From Camelus ferus (lineage: Eukaryota): a stretch of DNA of 64,000 nt. The stretch covers positions 18,662,001 through 18,726,000 of the forward strand of contig NC_045713.1 of assembly GCF_009834535.1 (NCBI RefSeq), read 5' to 3'. A program made the translations under genes and the position numbers. Position 1 is the first letter of the stretch; each line of letters opens with the position of its first letter. This document shows, piece after piece, positions 34,009 through 46,780 of the stretch. The notes beneath the pieces were generated by a model that was not told the origin of the DNA, searched no databases, and saw only the letters and a program-made list of their open reading frames with translations.

Positions 34009-35603
34009 GTGAGTAGATGAAAGACTTCCTGGAAGAGTCTGTCTGTTGGGGAGGATTTATTTGACCATCAAATATCCATGGATGCAATTTCCCCTCCTCA
34101 CTATCAAGTTCTGTGTCTGGTTGCTGGGGATACAGAGATGGCTAATGGGTCCCTGCCCGCTAGGGCTGCCCAGGCTCCTGGGAAAATTGTGAAAACAGCA
34201 AGGCAGATCCAGGTCTAAGGAGAGGTGTTGGAACCTTCCTTTACCTCTGCCTCTGGGTTGGAAAGGATTCTGTAGAAGACCTGCCTATGGCATTTCAGAC
34301 AGGGGGAACTACATTTGCAAAGGTAGTGAGGTAGGAAGGGGCAAGTTAAATTAAGGGAGAATTTAAGATTCCTTCAGTGTAAGTTTTTCGAGGAAGGGCA
34401 AGGATTGTGTATGTTTTGTTCTCTGGTCCATCCGAAGTGCCTGGCACACAATGGGCACTCAATATATATCTGCTGTAGCTGTGGAGGAGAGCGGTAGGTT
34501 GGAACACAGAATCAGGATTGGGAAGTAATAGAGTTTAGACTGAAGACCTAACCAGATTTGAGCGGTAGAAATATCACTATGTCTTCAGGGTGGATTGGAT
34601 CACCAAGAGCATTGAGCCAGGGGAGACCAGTGAGGAGGCTGGTGTACATCAGGCAAAAGGTGGTGAGGCCTAAGCTGGGCAGTCACTGTTGGGTGGAGAA
34701 ATGAGGGCACAAATGTCTGTGAGGGCAAGCCATCCGTTCATTACAGATTCGGGAGCATCATGTGTGTGCTAGGTCTTCTAGGATCGAGATACGGCCTTGA
34801 ACAAGACAGACACAGTTCCTACATCACAGTGCAAGGGAACTGACAATAAATAATCAAACCAATTTTAAAAGATATGGACTGGTGACAAATTCTATGTGGA
34901 AAATAACACAAGGTGATGAGAAAGAAAATAACAGAGGGAGAAGGCTTTTCTGGGGACGTGACATCTGAGCTGAGACCTGAGTAGCAGCCAGCCACGGGAA
35001 GGATGGGGGGAAGAGCATTCAAGGCAGAGGTAACAGTAAGTGCAAAGGCCCTGTGACAGTTTGGCCTCTCTGCAAGACAGAAAGGGCCAGAGTGGCTTTA
35101 GGTGGGGAGTCAAAGGGAGATTGGTGGACAATGACATTGGAAGAGGCAGGAGTCAATTCTTGTAGGACCTAGAGGGCATGGTAGGAGTTTGGATTTTATT
35201 CCAAGCACAGTTGAGGGAGTTTTAAGCAGCGAAGGGACAAAATGTAATTTGTGCTTTTAAAAGATGGCACAGGGCAAGAGGCATGAGGATGTTAGAAGGC
35301 TTCCTCAGAGGTCCGGGTCTGAGGTTTAGTCTAGGGCTCAGGCAGGGGGTGGGGAGCAGAACTGGGTCGCAGTAAGTGGTATGTTCTCATGGCTACTTGG
35401 CTCAGGTTGGGAACACAGAGGTCTGGGTGAGTCATCTGTTGGGGCCCGTGAAGAGTCAGAGCCCAGATGAGTTGAGTTGTACTTGGAGGAATTTCCCAGG
35501 AGGTGGGAGTTTACTGCTGCAAGGACTAGGGTGCACCTAAGAGAGGTGGACCCATTGTCCTGGCTACCATCTATGCATGTGCGCCTATGTGTTCTCTCCC
35601 CAG

Positions 35604-35904
35604 TCAGTGGAAGCCCGATGAGGAGCCTGGCCCCCAAGCCTGGTCCCCCAGGGAACGAGCAGCCCTTCAAGAGGAGCTTAGTGATGTCCTCATCTACCTG
35701 GTAGCATTAGCAGCCCGCTGCCATGTAGACCTGCCCCAAGCAGTGCTCTCCAAGATGGACACCAACCGGCGACGCTACCCAGCACATCTGTCCCGCGGCT
35801 CCGCCCGCAAGTATACAGACTTGCCCCACGAGGCCACCTCTGAAGACCAGGCTGTGAGGCCTGCAGACCTTGCCTGTGAGTCCGCAGGTCAGGCCCCAAC
35901 CTAG
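35604..35904 (+). CDS. DCTPP1: DCTPP1 coding exon 3
   Basis: (F)QWKPDEEPGPQAWSPRERAALQEELSDVLIYLVALAARCHVDL..APT-stop, containing the EELSD motif. ccccag acceptor. Confidence 0.96.
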
Positions 35905-36421
35905 AGACGTAGGCACAGAACCTCTGACTCAGCACGGCATCTGAGGAGCAGAGGGTGCCCTGGCCATGGAACTTCATTCTAGACCTTTCCTAGCAGACCA
36001 TGGGCTTGGGGGCTACACTTCTTGAGGTCTGAGGCCCAAGAACTTCCAGAAGATAACCTCCTGATTATTTTCTTTCTCAGTACAAGTTTTGGTTAGCAAC
36101 TTCTGGATTCTTCCTGGAGCAGCCGGGGAGTCTCTGTCTCAGCACAGGCTGTGGAGGGACAGCAGGGAGGCCTCTGAGGGAGGCCAGCTCCCACGATTCT
36201 CTGTTGTAACTCCCTCCTGCAGAGCAGAGAGACCTGATTTCCAGTAAGGTCCCTGTCTGATCTCATGCAAGTCTCTTCCCTTTCTCTAAACAAGATTGGA
36301 GACCATATGTAGTGCTGGTTAAGAGCCCAGATTCTGGAGCCATCTTTGATAGTGGTTCATGTTCATTATATTACTTTATCTTTCTGTGTCTCTGTTTCCT
36401 CATTTAAAATGAAAAGAATGG

Positions 36422-36615
36422 GCCGCTCTCCCTTCTGAGAGGGATCGCACTCTTGTCTATGGAGTGTGTAACTACTTTTACTTTAAACTAGACACCCTAC
36501 CCCCACACCTCGTGGCCTCTCTCTTGCCTTCTGTAACAGCCTGCACTCTATCCATGGAGTGTGTATCTCTCTGAATAAATCTACCTTTACTCAAACAAAA
36601 ACAAAAAAGAAAAGG
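36422..36615 (+). mobile_element. LTR 3' fragment with A-rich tail inserted in a MIR
   Basis: GGAGTGTGTATCTCTCTGAATAAATCTACCTTTACTCA then an A-rich tail. Flanking AAAGAATGG (36413-21) and AAAGAGTGG (36616-24). MIR text continues on both sides. Confidence 0.65.
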
Positions 36616-38589
36616 AAAGAGTGGTATCTACTTGATAGGGCTGTCAGATTTAAGCGAGTTACTGTAAGTAGAGTGCTTAGGCCAGTGCCTGGCACATACT
36701 AGGTATTTCCTAAGTGTGCAGTTGTTCTTATGTTTGCTTTTCAACTCAAAACTTTCAGGAGGCCAGAGCAGGAAATATCAACAGTTAGGGCAGGCCCCAG
36801 CCTTGTCCATCAAGACCCCAGCCCTGTGAGACCCCTCTGTCCCTCTCCCTTGGCTCCCAGCACAAATCAGGGTCAGGTCCACCTGGTCTGGAGCAGAACA
36901 GGGCTTCCTCTCCCCGGGGCTTGAGCCCCTTGCCCCCTCTCCTGCCCTCCCAAGGTCAATTTCTTGTTCCACTTCTACACCTAAAGAAAAGTGTTGTGTG
37001 ACCTCAGACGTATCTCCTTTGCTGAGATACCCATGGCCTGCCTCCTTCACAGGGTAGGGTAACGCAGGGAAGACCATTAAACTACTTTTGCTTCCCCTCT
37101 GAGCCTGTTTCCACATCAGTAAAATGAAGCACTTCCCTGTTACTGGCCTCATTCCTCTTATTAATGACCTCACTCTCTCTTAACCAGTGACCTCTCTTAT
37201 TTCCCAGGTAAAAAAAGATCCATCAGATTGAACTGCTTTAGCTTTATGTTCCCAAACCCTCCTTTCCTCTCCCTACCAGTGATAGGAGGAGCCTTATCTT
37301 ATTGATCTCTTATTTAATCCTGTCTCCTTGATCAATTATCTCATCTCCTTTCTATATAATCACTTTCTTTCCATTAGCCCTTCCCACCAGCATGTGAGCC
37401 TCTTCCCTATTGACAAACAAAACCAGCAGAACTCCAGCTCCTTCCCTCATGCTTTTCATGCCCAAACTTCTTGAAAAGGGTCGTCTACACCGATCCATTC
37501 TGCTTACTCGTTATCCCATTTATACCCTAATCCACTCAAAGCTGGCTTTCACCCCAACCCCTCCACTAAAACTGTCTACACCACTTTCTCCGAATTCATA
37601 CACACACAGTGGACACCAGAGCATCAGTTGACTGAGCTGCTTTCCTCCGTGAAACACTTTCCTCTAGATTTCCCAGACAAGACACTTCTGGTTTTCTTTC
37701 TACCGCTGGCTGTTCTTTCACAGACTCAAGTTCTCAAGGACCCCCTTCTGAACGTGGTGCCATGCCCTCCAGACCTAATATCCCCAAGCTGCTATTTCCC
37801 ATCACCTCCCTGACCCCTCCACATTTAATCTCACTCAACATGTCCAGATAAGGGTGTAACAATTGCTGCCACTTCAAGTCCTGTCCTGCTCCTCATCCTG
37901 TGCCATCTCAGGGACACTACCTGCAGTCCCCCAAGCTAAGAAATGAAGTCAGCCCCATTCCTCCATTCCCTTATCCCCACAGCCACTTTAATTCCTATGA
38001 ATTCTAGCTCCTTAAAAATATGCCAGATCCACCCCTCCCCTCTAATCTCTCAAGGCTTCTTTGCGGCCTTGGAACCTTCAACTGGCTTCCAAGTTCCCTA
38101 GTGGTCTCTCCTGCCAACCTCCTTGCTTTCTGTCCCTACATTCCACCCCAGGGGACATCTGCAAGCTCTAACAAGTCTGGCATGCAGTTTCAGGGGCTCT
38201 CCATATTTCCCCAACCCCAAAATGCTCTTAAGACCAGCATAAATATCACCTCTGAGAAGAGCTTCTCTAGTGCTATGAAGACTACTTCTTCACTAGACTG
38301 AATTCTGTGAGGTTCATGCCGCTCGCCAAAGCTCTGCAGAATACAGTGCTTGTTGATCACGCATATGCTAAACTTATGGACCCTTCCAGATCTGAGGTTT
38401 TGAGGACATAGCCAAGGGCCAAGTGCGGGATGACTCCACCACACGCAGAAACGCAGTTCCAGAAACCCTTTGGGGCTTATAGCCCTAGTTGGCTCCACGA
38501 CAGTTCACCTAAGCCTGAAGAAACCTTCAACTTTCCTCCTGTCCCCACTCACCTCATTCACAGGCACGGGTAGGGTGAGGATATAATAT

Positions 38590-38595
38590 TTTATT
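38590..38595 (-). terminator. ZNF771: ZNF771 polyadenylation signal
   Basis: AATAAA on minus about 230 nt after the stop codon. Confidence 0.75.
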
Positions 38596-38825
38596 CACTA
38601 ACACGGACGGAGGGGATGGAATGAGGGGGAGGTGGGCACGGTTTCCAGGAACCTCGGCGGGGGATTCTCTCTGTCTCCCAGTTCCAGGGCAGCCAAGACT
38701 GCCATCCCACCCGATCCCAGTCCCGGGTGGCGGGATGAGGAGGAGTCGTCCACGCTAACGCATCCCAGGCCTGGGTCCCAGTATGTCCCTCCCCAACCAG
38801 ACCCCGCGGCGACAAGAACGGCGGC

Positions 38826-39638
38826 TCAGTTGCCCTCACAATCTGGGCAGCGTTCAGTGGCAGTGGCGGCTGTAGCGCCAGGGGGTAGCTTGAAGTCCCG
38901 GCCGCAGCCCGCGCAGATATACAGACGGCGCCGCATGTGCGCGCGACGGTGGCGGATGAAGTGCGAGCTGAGCCGGAAGCGGCGGCCGCACTCGGCGCAC
39001 GGGTAGGGGCGCTCGCCCGTGTGCGTGCGCGCATGCTCCGCCAGGTTGGAGCGGTGGCCGAAGCGGCGGCCGCACACGGCGCAGCGGTGCGGCTTCTCGC
39101 CTGTGTGCACGCGCCGGTGCTTGGCTAGCGCCGAGCTCTGCGCGAAGCGCGTGCCGCAGTCAGCANNNNNNNNNNNNNNNNNNNNNNNNNNNNNNNNNNN
39201 NNNNNNNNNNNNNNNNNNNNNNNNNNNNNNNNNNNNNNNNNNNNNNNNNNNNNNNNNNNNNNNNNNNNNNNNNNNNNNNNNNNNNNNNNNNNNNNNNNNN
39301 NNNNNNNNNNNNNNNNNNNNNNNNNNNNNNNNNNNNNNNNNNNNNNNNNNNNNNNNNNNNNNNNNNNNNNNNNNNNNNNNNNNNNNNNNNNNNNNNNNNN
39401 NNNNNNNNNNCTCCGGGCACTCGTAGGGCCGCTCGCCTGTGTGCGTGCGGCCGTGTTTGGTCAGCGCCGACTTCTGCGAGAAGCGCCGGCCGCACTCGGT
39501 GCACGCGAAGGGCCGCTCGCCCGTGTGCGTGCGTGCGTGCTTGGCCAGCGTTGAGCGGCGCGCAAAGGCGCGGCCGCAGTCCGGGCACGCGTGTGGGCGC
39601 GCCGGGTCGGCCGACGGCGCTGGCGCCTCGCTCGGGAC
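38826..39638 (-). CDS. ZNF771: ZNF771 last coding exon, C2H2 zinc-finger array (39166-39410 N-masked), inside a CpG island
   Basis: [81 protein letters not shown]-stop. 813 nt, frame kept across the Ns. With the upstream exon gives 317 aa. Confidence 0.95.
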   Translation of the reverse strand, partial: VPSEAPAPSADPARPHACPDCGRAFARRSTLAKHARTHTGERPFACTECGRRFSQKSALTKHGRTHTGERPYECPEXXXXXXXXXXXXXXXXXXXXXXXXXXXXXXXXXXXXXXXXXXXXXXXXXXXXXXXXXXXXXXXXXXXXXXXXXXXXXXXXXXADCGTRFAQSSALAKHRRVHTGEKPHRCAVCGRRFGHRSNLAEHARTHTGERPYPCAECGRRFRLSSHFIRHRRAHMRRRLYICAGCGRDFKLPPGATAATATERCPDCEGN

Positions 39639-42600
39639 CTGCGGGGAGAGGGGCGACAGGTCAGCCCTGACCGAGAGGCCTGGGAGCCAGAAACGTGGGG
39701 CTCCGCAAGCTGCAACCTCTCCGTCCCCGTTTGTAAAGTAGGAAATGCCACGGTGCCTGCCTCTTAGGACGGTTGTGCGCGTTAAATGAGATTATCCATT
39801 AACGCACATCACAATGCTTAGTGTCATTCTAGCTGTTCTTTATTAATACAGTATTTATTGAGCGCGTACAATGTGCCAGACTCTGTTCTAGACATTGGGG
39901 ATTCAGCATTAAATTAAAAAAAAAATTCCAGCTTTCAGTGAGAATGGACAGGAGTGCTTGTATTGGGAGGATGCTGCAAATTTAAATAGGGTTGTTAAGA
40001 AACCTTACTGGTGTCACAAGAGCAAAGACCTAAAGGAGGTAAAAGAGCAAGCTACTGCGGGAACAGCAAGGCCCTGAGGCAGGAGTTTTTCTGTTCCAGG
40101 AATAACAAGAAGTGCCTAGGGCAGAATGCAGGAGGGTGAGTGGTCCTGGGGTGGGGGGATATTTCAGCATAGGGCCTTGAATGTGAATGAGATGAGGAAC
40201 CATTAGAAGAGATGTTAGATGGTTTTGAGCAAGGACACAAACAGATCAGACTCATATTTTTAAAAGTTCCACAGAATGAAGGACGGGAGAGGGTAGGAAC
40301 CCAGTGAGGAGGCTACTATACTGCAGTCAAGAGAAGATAGTGGCTCGGACCCAGGTGACATAGGTGGAAACTGAAGGTGGTCTGCTTCTGGATATATTTT
40401 GCAGTTTGAAGCCACAAATTTGATAATAGATTAAGAGATGTAAAGAAAAAGGGGTTGAAATGACTCCAAATTTTTTGAGCTTATTAGCAACTGCAAAGGT
40501 GGAGTTGCTGTCTACAGAGATGAGGATGGTGGGAGGACCAGGTTTGATCTGTTTCTGATCTTATCTCCAATTTTCCTCACCACATCTGGAGCTCAGAAGA
40601 GAGGCCCAGGCTGGAGATGTTAACTGGGAAGACATCAGCCTGTAGATGGTTTTTAAAGTCATGAGACTGGATGAGATTACTCAAGGAATAGGCAGAGAGA
40701 ACTTGGGGCAGCAAGATGAGGAGCAGCCAGCCAAGGAGACTGAGCAGAAGCAGCCAGTGAGGTAAGAGAGCCAGGAGAGCATGGTGTCTTAGAAGCCAGG
40801 CCAGGATCAAGTCCAGGCTCAAGAGCAAGCACCTATCATTTTTTAAAGCTGTGAAAAAGGCAGCAAGGGTAAAACCTAAATATTAATCTGAGGCGTGAAA
40901 TGAAAAAATATGAAAATGTGCCAGTTTCATAAGGTCTGGGCCTCTAGAGATAAAATCAGAAGAAGAAATGCTTTGTAAGAAGAAGATGAAGGGAAAACGG
41001 TTTGTACTAACAGTAGAGTGAAGTGGAATATTGAGGGCACATTGCTTCCTTCTTAGTAAAGAGAAGGCTCATCCTAGAGTTGCTGAGTCTAACGTGGGCC
41101 AAGCAATCGCAATCAGGTATATATTGACTAGTGACCAAGTGAAAAACCGGGCACATATTAAGGACAAGACAGTGTTAGCTTCTTTCTCCTCATATTCCAT
41201 CTCCACTGAGTAATTATCACTGTTCTCTTATAGACAAGAGAACAAGTTAAGACAGAGTAAGGGACAACCAGGGAGTGGTAAGAACTTTTCTTTCTAAAGT
41301 TGCAAGGATGGGCCTTCAAGATCCATTGTAAAAAGACAGCAGCTTTCTGGTAACCAACTCAGAAATTTGAAAACTAGGCAGTTTGGAAAATGAGTGACCA
41401 GTCAAGGGAACTCTGATTTACACAGTGTACATAATGCTAATGGTGATAACAGCATTACACTGTAAAGCTTTGACAATGCTGTTTTATGTACATTATTGTA
41501 TTAAATCTTCCTGCCACCCCTTTGAATCAGGTGTTATCTTTTGGTAATTGAGAAAACTGAGCTCAGAGAGATTAAATTCACTTAGCCAGTCGGAGTCAGG
41601 ACCCACTTTAACATTCTCACCCTTAGCAGTCGGCTACACTGCTTCCCGGCACTTGCTTGCCAAGATATGACAGAGGCTGGACTCCAGGTGCCTGGCGCTC
41701 TCCAGGAGGGATTCAAGGTTAAAATATAACTTGATACTTTAAATCAAGAAACTCCCCACAGCAGAGTTGGCACAGTCTGAATTCAAGGTCACACTTTCAG
41801 TCTTGCCCTGGTTTTGACATCTATTGGGTTTATTTTGAGTTGACCAGCCTGAGAACTTCCTCATGCTGTGTTCACTGACTTGGGGAAAAAGAGATTCTTC
41901 ACACAAGTACCCTTGGTATCTCCAGCTCCAGGAGGGGCGCCACTTCCTTCTGCAAGGAAGAATCTTGGTAAGAGGGGCTGAGTCTAGCTCATTAAGACCC
42001 CAGGCAAGTTCCTCCCTTCCCCTGCCTCAGTGAACCAAGGAAGGCTAGGCTAGGTGAGACAGAAATTTCCCGACTTGAGGTATGCACTTAACAGAATGCA
42101 AAAGGATTCTAAGGGTTATGTAGGCAAACATTTATCTTACTATAATCATTATTTTCACAGGTATTAGGAGAACAATGGATCACAAAACCAACAATTTCAT
42201 CAATATTGTTATTCAGATGAAGGTAAATTTATTTAACAAAACAATGTGAATCTATCTGAAGAAGAGCAGTGAATGAAAGAGCACAACAGGTGAGCCATAT
42301 ATATGTGACTGAAGCTCAGCAAATACCAGACTTAAATTCTACTGCTGTTAGATTTGAAAATGAGAATAAAGGGTATTTGCACTGTAACAAGAGGGTACCA
42401 TGGGGATACAATGCAGTACAGTAATATGATAATCCAGGTATTTAAAGTTAGTGGTTTTGTCTTTCTGCTTTAGTTTTTTTTTTCTTTAAACCAGGGCAAA
42501 CATCGCAGTTTCCTCCTCAGCCATTACTTTTCTAATAATAATAACACTCCCATTTATTGCACACTGTGTGCCAGGAATGATGCTAAGTGCTTTTCACCTA

Positions 42601-45600
42601 TGTCCTTTTTTTAAATTCTCACAACTCTTTGGGTTAGGTATCATTAGCTTCATTTTAAAATAAGGATATAAGACTTAGAAGTGACTACCAAGGCCCTACA
42701 GTTAATCAGTCAGCACAGCCAGGGTTTGAACGGAAATTCTCTCATTGTCCAAAACACCTCTTCTCTCAGCCATGATGCAGTTCTAGCTCACTGACAAGTT
42801 TGAGGTCACCTACACAGCTTGTCTCCCTCCCCTGGACTCTTATAGCTGCCAGGATCTCCTTTCTCTTGGGTACAAAATATAAAATACGATCTCCTCCTCT
42901 GNNNNNNNNNNNNNNNNNNNNNNNNNNNNNNNNNNNNNNNNNNNNNNNNNNNNNNNNNNNNNNNNNNNNNNNNNNNNNNNNNNNNNNNNNNNNNNNNNNN
43001 NNNNNNNNNNNNNNNNNNNNNNNNNNNNNNNNNNNNNNNNNNNNNNNNNNAAAAATGAATAAACCTCATCTAGAAGAGAGACAAGCTACTCCTGGAGAAA
43101 GCAGGTGGGAACTCGAAGAGGGTATTAGGCTGAGAAGGCTGAAAGACCCTGTGGGCAGTCTTAGAGGTGAGAAAGGTCAGGTGTGTTTGAAGCTGGAGGC
43201 ATGGGATGGGTGCTGAGTGATGAGAGATGAAGCCAGGACATGAGGTCAGATGGTGAAGAGCTTTGAATGCCAGGCGTGGGAGCTGAGGGAAACAGAAAAC
43301 CACTCAAAGGTTCAGTTTTAAGCAGGGAGAGACAGAACTGGATGTACATAGAGCCCTCTGAGAAAATCTTTATGCAAATGAGAAATTCATTAAAGATAGC
43401 TGGGATTTTGATAGGCAGTGAGCGAATACTCTGACCCCTGGGTACAGCATAATTAAGGCCTGTTCTGGATATGAGCAGCCATGGGACTGGGTGACAGCTA
43501 AGAGCCACAGAATGCCAACACTAGGAGCTTTCAAGATCACTATTTCATAGAAACCAAGACTCAGGGAGACCACACAGCAAGTTGTTGAGCTACCCTGTGG
43601 GCACATCTTCAGGGGATGTGTGTGTGTGTGTAACTCTCACTCCCAGCCCCCTCCTCCAAATCCAGTCACCCATGTGATACTTAGACTGGATTTCAAGGAT
43701 CTTACTTTCATTATCTCATTTTATAGATAAGAAAGCAGGTCAAGGCAAAGCTGGTTAGGATTTGAACCAATGATTTTAACAGCTATGTGATACCATTTAG
43801 AGTCTAGCCCTACAGCCCTTTCATGACTAGCCATGCTCACTAGCTCCAGCCAGTCCAATCATGGTTCCCATTAATCCCCTTCTTTCCATCTTCTCTAGCC
43901 TGCTGCCACTACCTTAGAGCAGGCTACAGCTTTACCCCTGGTCTCCCCATAGCAGCAAATGAGTCTCCTAAATAGAAAATCTGATCATGTCTCTCTGATT
44001 TGAGACTTCTGATGGCACCGCGTAACCTAACAGAGTCTGTCCAAATTCCTTTGCTGTCTTTCAATCCTTTCACTCTCTGGCCCTGCCTACTTCTTTGGCC
44101 TTATCTTCTCTGAGCATTTGCTTTTGCTGTTTCCTCATCCTGGAATGCCTTTCCTCCTTCCCCATTTGCCCAATTCCCACTAAGTTTTCAAGGACCATGT
44201 CAAAGTCATTCCCACTGCCTTGGGTTATTTGCCCTCAATCTTCTGTCTAGGCCTCCATGTTGGTTTCCCTGTTCACTCCCAGCCCCAGGATTCAGCCTAG
44301 AAAGGCTTTGATAAAATGAGTTCAAAAATCTTCAGAAGGATGACCCAGCCCAAGGTCCTAAGTTTTAGAATAGAAGGCATAATAATAGCAGCAAATACTT
44401 ATTTAGTGTTTATTATGTGTCAGACACAGTTCTAACTCTTCACATGTACTAACTCTTTTAATCCTCCCAGCCCCAAAAAGTAGATGCAGTTATGAGTTCC
44501 CTTTTACAAACAAGAAAACTGAGGCACAAAGAGGTTAAGCTTGCCTAAATTCACACAGCTGGTAACTGATGGAGTTGAAAGTCCACCCTAAGCTCTGAGG
44601 TCTGAGTTCTTAACTTACAGACCAGAACTGGAGATCAGGGGATCCACAGGGCCAGAAGAGGCAGGCTGAGCTAGGATGATGGGCCAAAGAGGCCTGAGAA
44701 AAACAGAACTAAGTAGTTATTTTGACTGAAATAGGAGGCCACGGCAGCCAGCCCCCTCCCCCTAGGGCCCACCACACCCACTAGGGGGCAGCAGAACTTT
44801 CTTTTCCTGGGAACTGGCCCCTGTGCAGGAAGAAATCAGGGAGTCTGAGCCCAGAAACCTGGCCCAGGAGGAGCCCTCCAGGTGGCCTCAGGGCTGCTGC
44901 GACTGGGAGTGGGAGTCCTGTAGGGTTCGGGGAAGTAGAAAATATACCCAGTGGCACTTAGGTCTCGAATGGGGAAATCTAACTTATATTTTGATCTCCT
45001 TAAAACTCCTCTCAAAACCTTCAGCACCCTCAGGATAAAACCGAAATGCCCTACCTGGCCTGCCAACCACCCTACTCTCATTCATGCCACAGCATGACTG
45101 AACCACCTGCCCCCATTTCTTCCGGTGCCCCACTCACTCCCCTGAGCCACAGGAAGGGCCATTCCTCCTGTCTGGAATAGCCACTCCCTTCAGCGCTCAG
45201 ACTATCCCTGGTCTCAAATAAGCCATCCCTTCACTAACTTTGAAACCTTTGGGCTAGTCACCAAACTGTCCAGTTTACTGGGCCTCAGTTTCCTTACCTG
45301 TAAAGTGGAACAAATACTGCTTAGAATAGTGCCTGACGCATATGTAAATACTACCAAGAGTCAGTTGTTAACTGTTGCTGTTACCTCATCTGACCTCCCT
45401 CACAGCCCTAAGTCTGCAGTAAGTTCCCATCTCTGGGTTTCCACACCCCCCTGCACCCATCACACAGGATTGAAAGCTGTGTGATTACTTGTTAGTCTAA
45501 CCCCATTAGACATCAAGCTCCATGGGGAACTGAGGATAGCGTTTACTCTCCAGCACCCAGCACAGAGCCTGGCACAGTAGGCGTGACATCTGTATGATGG

Positions 45601-45756
45601 CAGCATGGGCAGTGGGACAGAAGGATGGGTGGCCAACCCTGAGATACTAGGTCTGAGAGTCGGGGAAAGTAGGGGCATCCATGGCTTCTGTCTGAGGGAG
45701 AGGCTGGACCTGCCCCAGGTTAGGGGCAATGGGACCCCAGGACGCGGGACACGTAC

Positions 45757-45897
45757 CTCCTTGTTGTCCATAGGGATCTTGAGTTTCACTACTTCATACT
45801 TCTCCTCACCCTCATCCTCCTCACCCTTCACCAGCAGCACCATCTCCTCTTGCATCTCTTCCTCCTCCTCCTCCTCTGTCTGCTGTTCGCCCGGCAT
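45757..45897 (-). CDS. ZNF771: ZNF771 first coding exon (acidic N-terminus); full exon 45757-45906
   Basis: MPGEQQTEEEEEEEMQEEMVLLVKGEEDEGEEKYEVVKLKIPMDNKE, 141 nt, GAG|gtacgt donor, ttgccccag acceptor. Confidence 0.95.
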
Positions 45898-46259
45898 CTT
45901 GGTGTCCTGGGGCAAGGAGCCGGGTCAGAAGACCCGCCCCCCACCATGGCCCTGGCCCACACAAGGCGGTGCAGCCGTGGCTTCTCCTTCTCCCAACTAG
46001 ACCAGGTCTCTGGGTCTGATCCTCTTACCGCTATCCCAGCCCGGCCCTAGGCCCCATCCTTGCCCCGGGACCAGCTTGGAAGTCACTCGTTCACCCCACT
46101 CATCCCGGCATTCAAGGCCCTGAAACAGTTCGAATCTCCAGCCCCAATGAGTCGCCACCCTCCCCGCGCTGAGTCACTCCCCGGAGCCTGGTCGGGCGGC
46201 CCGGAGCTCCAGGGCACGGGCTGGAGGCGGGATCCGGGCGGAGACCCTGGTGGAGTGCG

Positions 46260-46780
46260 CACTCACCAGCCGCAGGTTCCGCGCTCGCGCTGCCCCAGGC
46301 CAGGGCGCCGGGCGGTTGGGCACTCTCCGAGGCCGCGAGTCTGGGGGCGGGGCGGGGCGGGGCCTCGGTGACGATCGGTCATTGGTCCGAACGCCTAACC
46401 CCGCCCCCGAGGGGAGGGTCTTAGAGGACCCAGGCGTCCGGCCCTAACCGGCCCGGGAGTGTGGCGAGACCAGACCCAAAGGCTTCCGCTGTTCCCCGAC
46501 TCCCGAGGGCCCTGGGCTGCCCCAGTGGGCGTTCAAGGTTCTTATAGCCCGGTTGTGACCTACCTTCAGGCCTCGTCTCCTGTGGACGGCTCGAAGGGCT
46601 CCGCTGCGGCCAAGCGTGTCCGCTCCGCCCGAAATAGGCCACGTGCGCTCACGCCCCAGCCTGGGCCTCTCGCTGGCGCCCCGCCTGGAGGGCGGACCCT
46701 GTTGCCTCCTCACCTCTTCCCTTCGCTCTTTTTGCCTCTTCTCACATCTTTTCTCCTTTCCCGGCGTCGTCTTCCCGGTC
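46260..46780 (-). promoter_or_regulatory. ZNF771: ZNF771 non-coding exon 1 and CpG promoter
   Basis: Donor CTG|gtgagt at 46266. Tandem GC boxes at 46343-46362, CCAAT on minus at 46381-85, CACGTG at 46640-45. Confidence 0.75.

Noticed and set aside
39166-39410. N-runs in ZNF771 and ZNF48 as frameshifts or assembly gaps; X-rich ORFs at 5.7-7.1, 42.8-43.2 and 57.7-59.8 kb as genes
   Set aside because: Frame is preserved across the coding N-runs (ZNF771 still totals 317 aa), so they behave like length-preserving masks. The X-rich ORFs are open only because N cannot be read as a stop.
41926-41941. CCAGGAGGGGCGCC as a CTCF site
   Set aside because: It is one G short in the core, so it does not align to the consensus register
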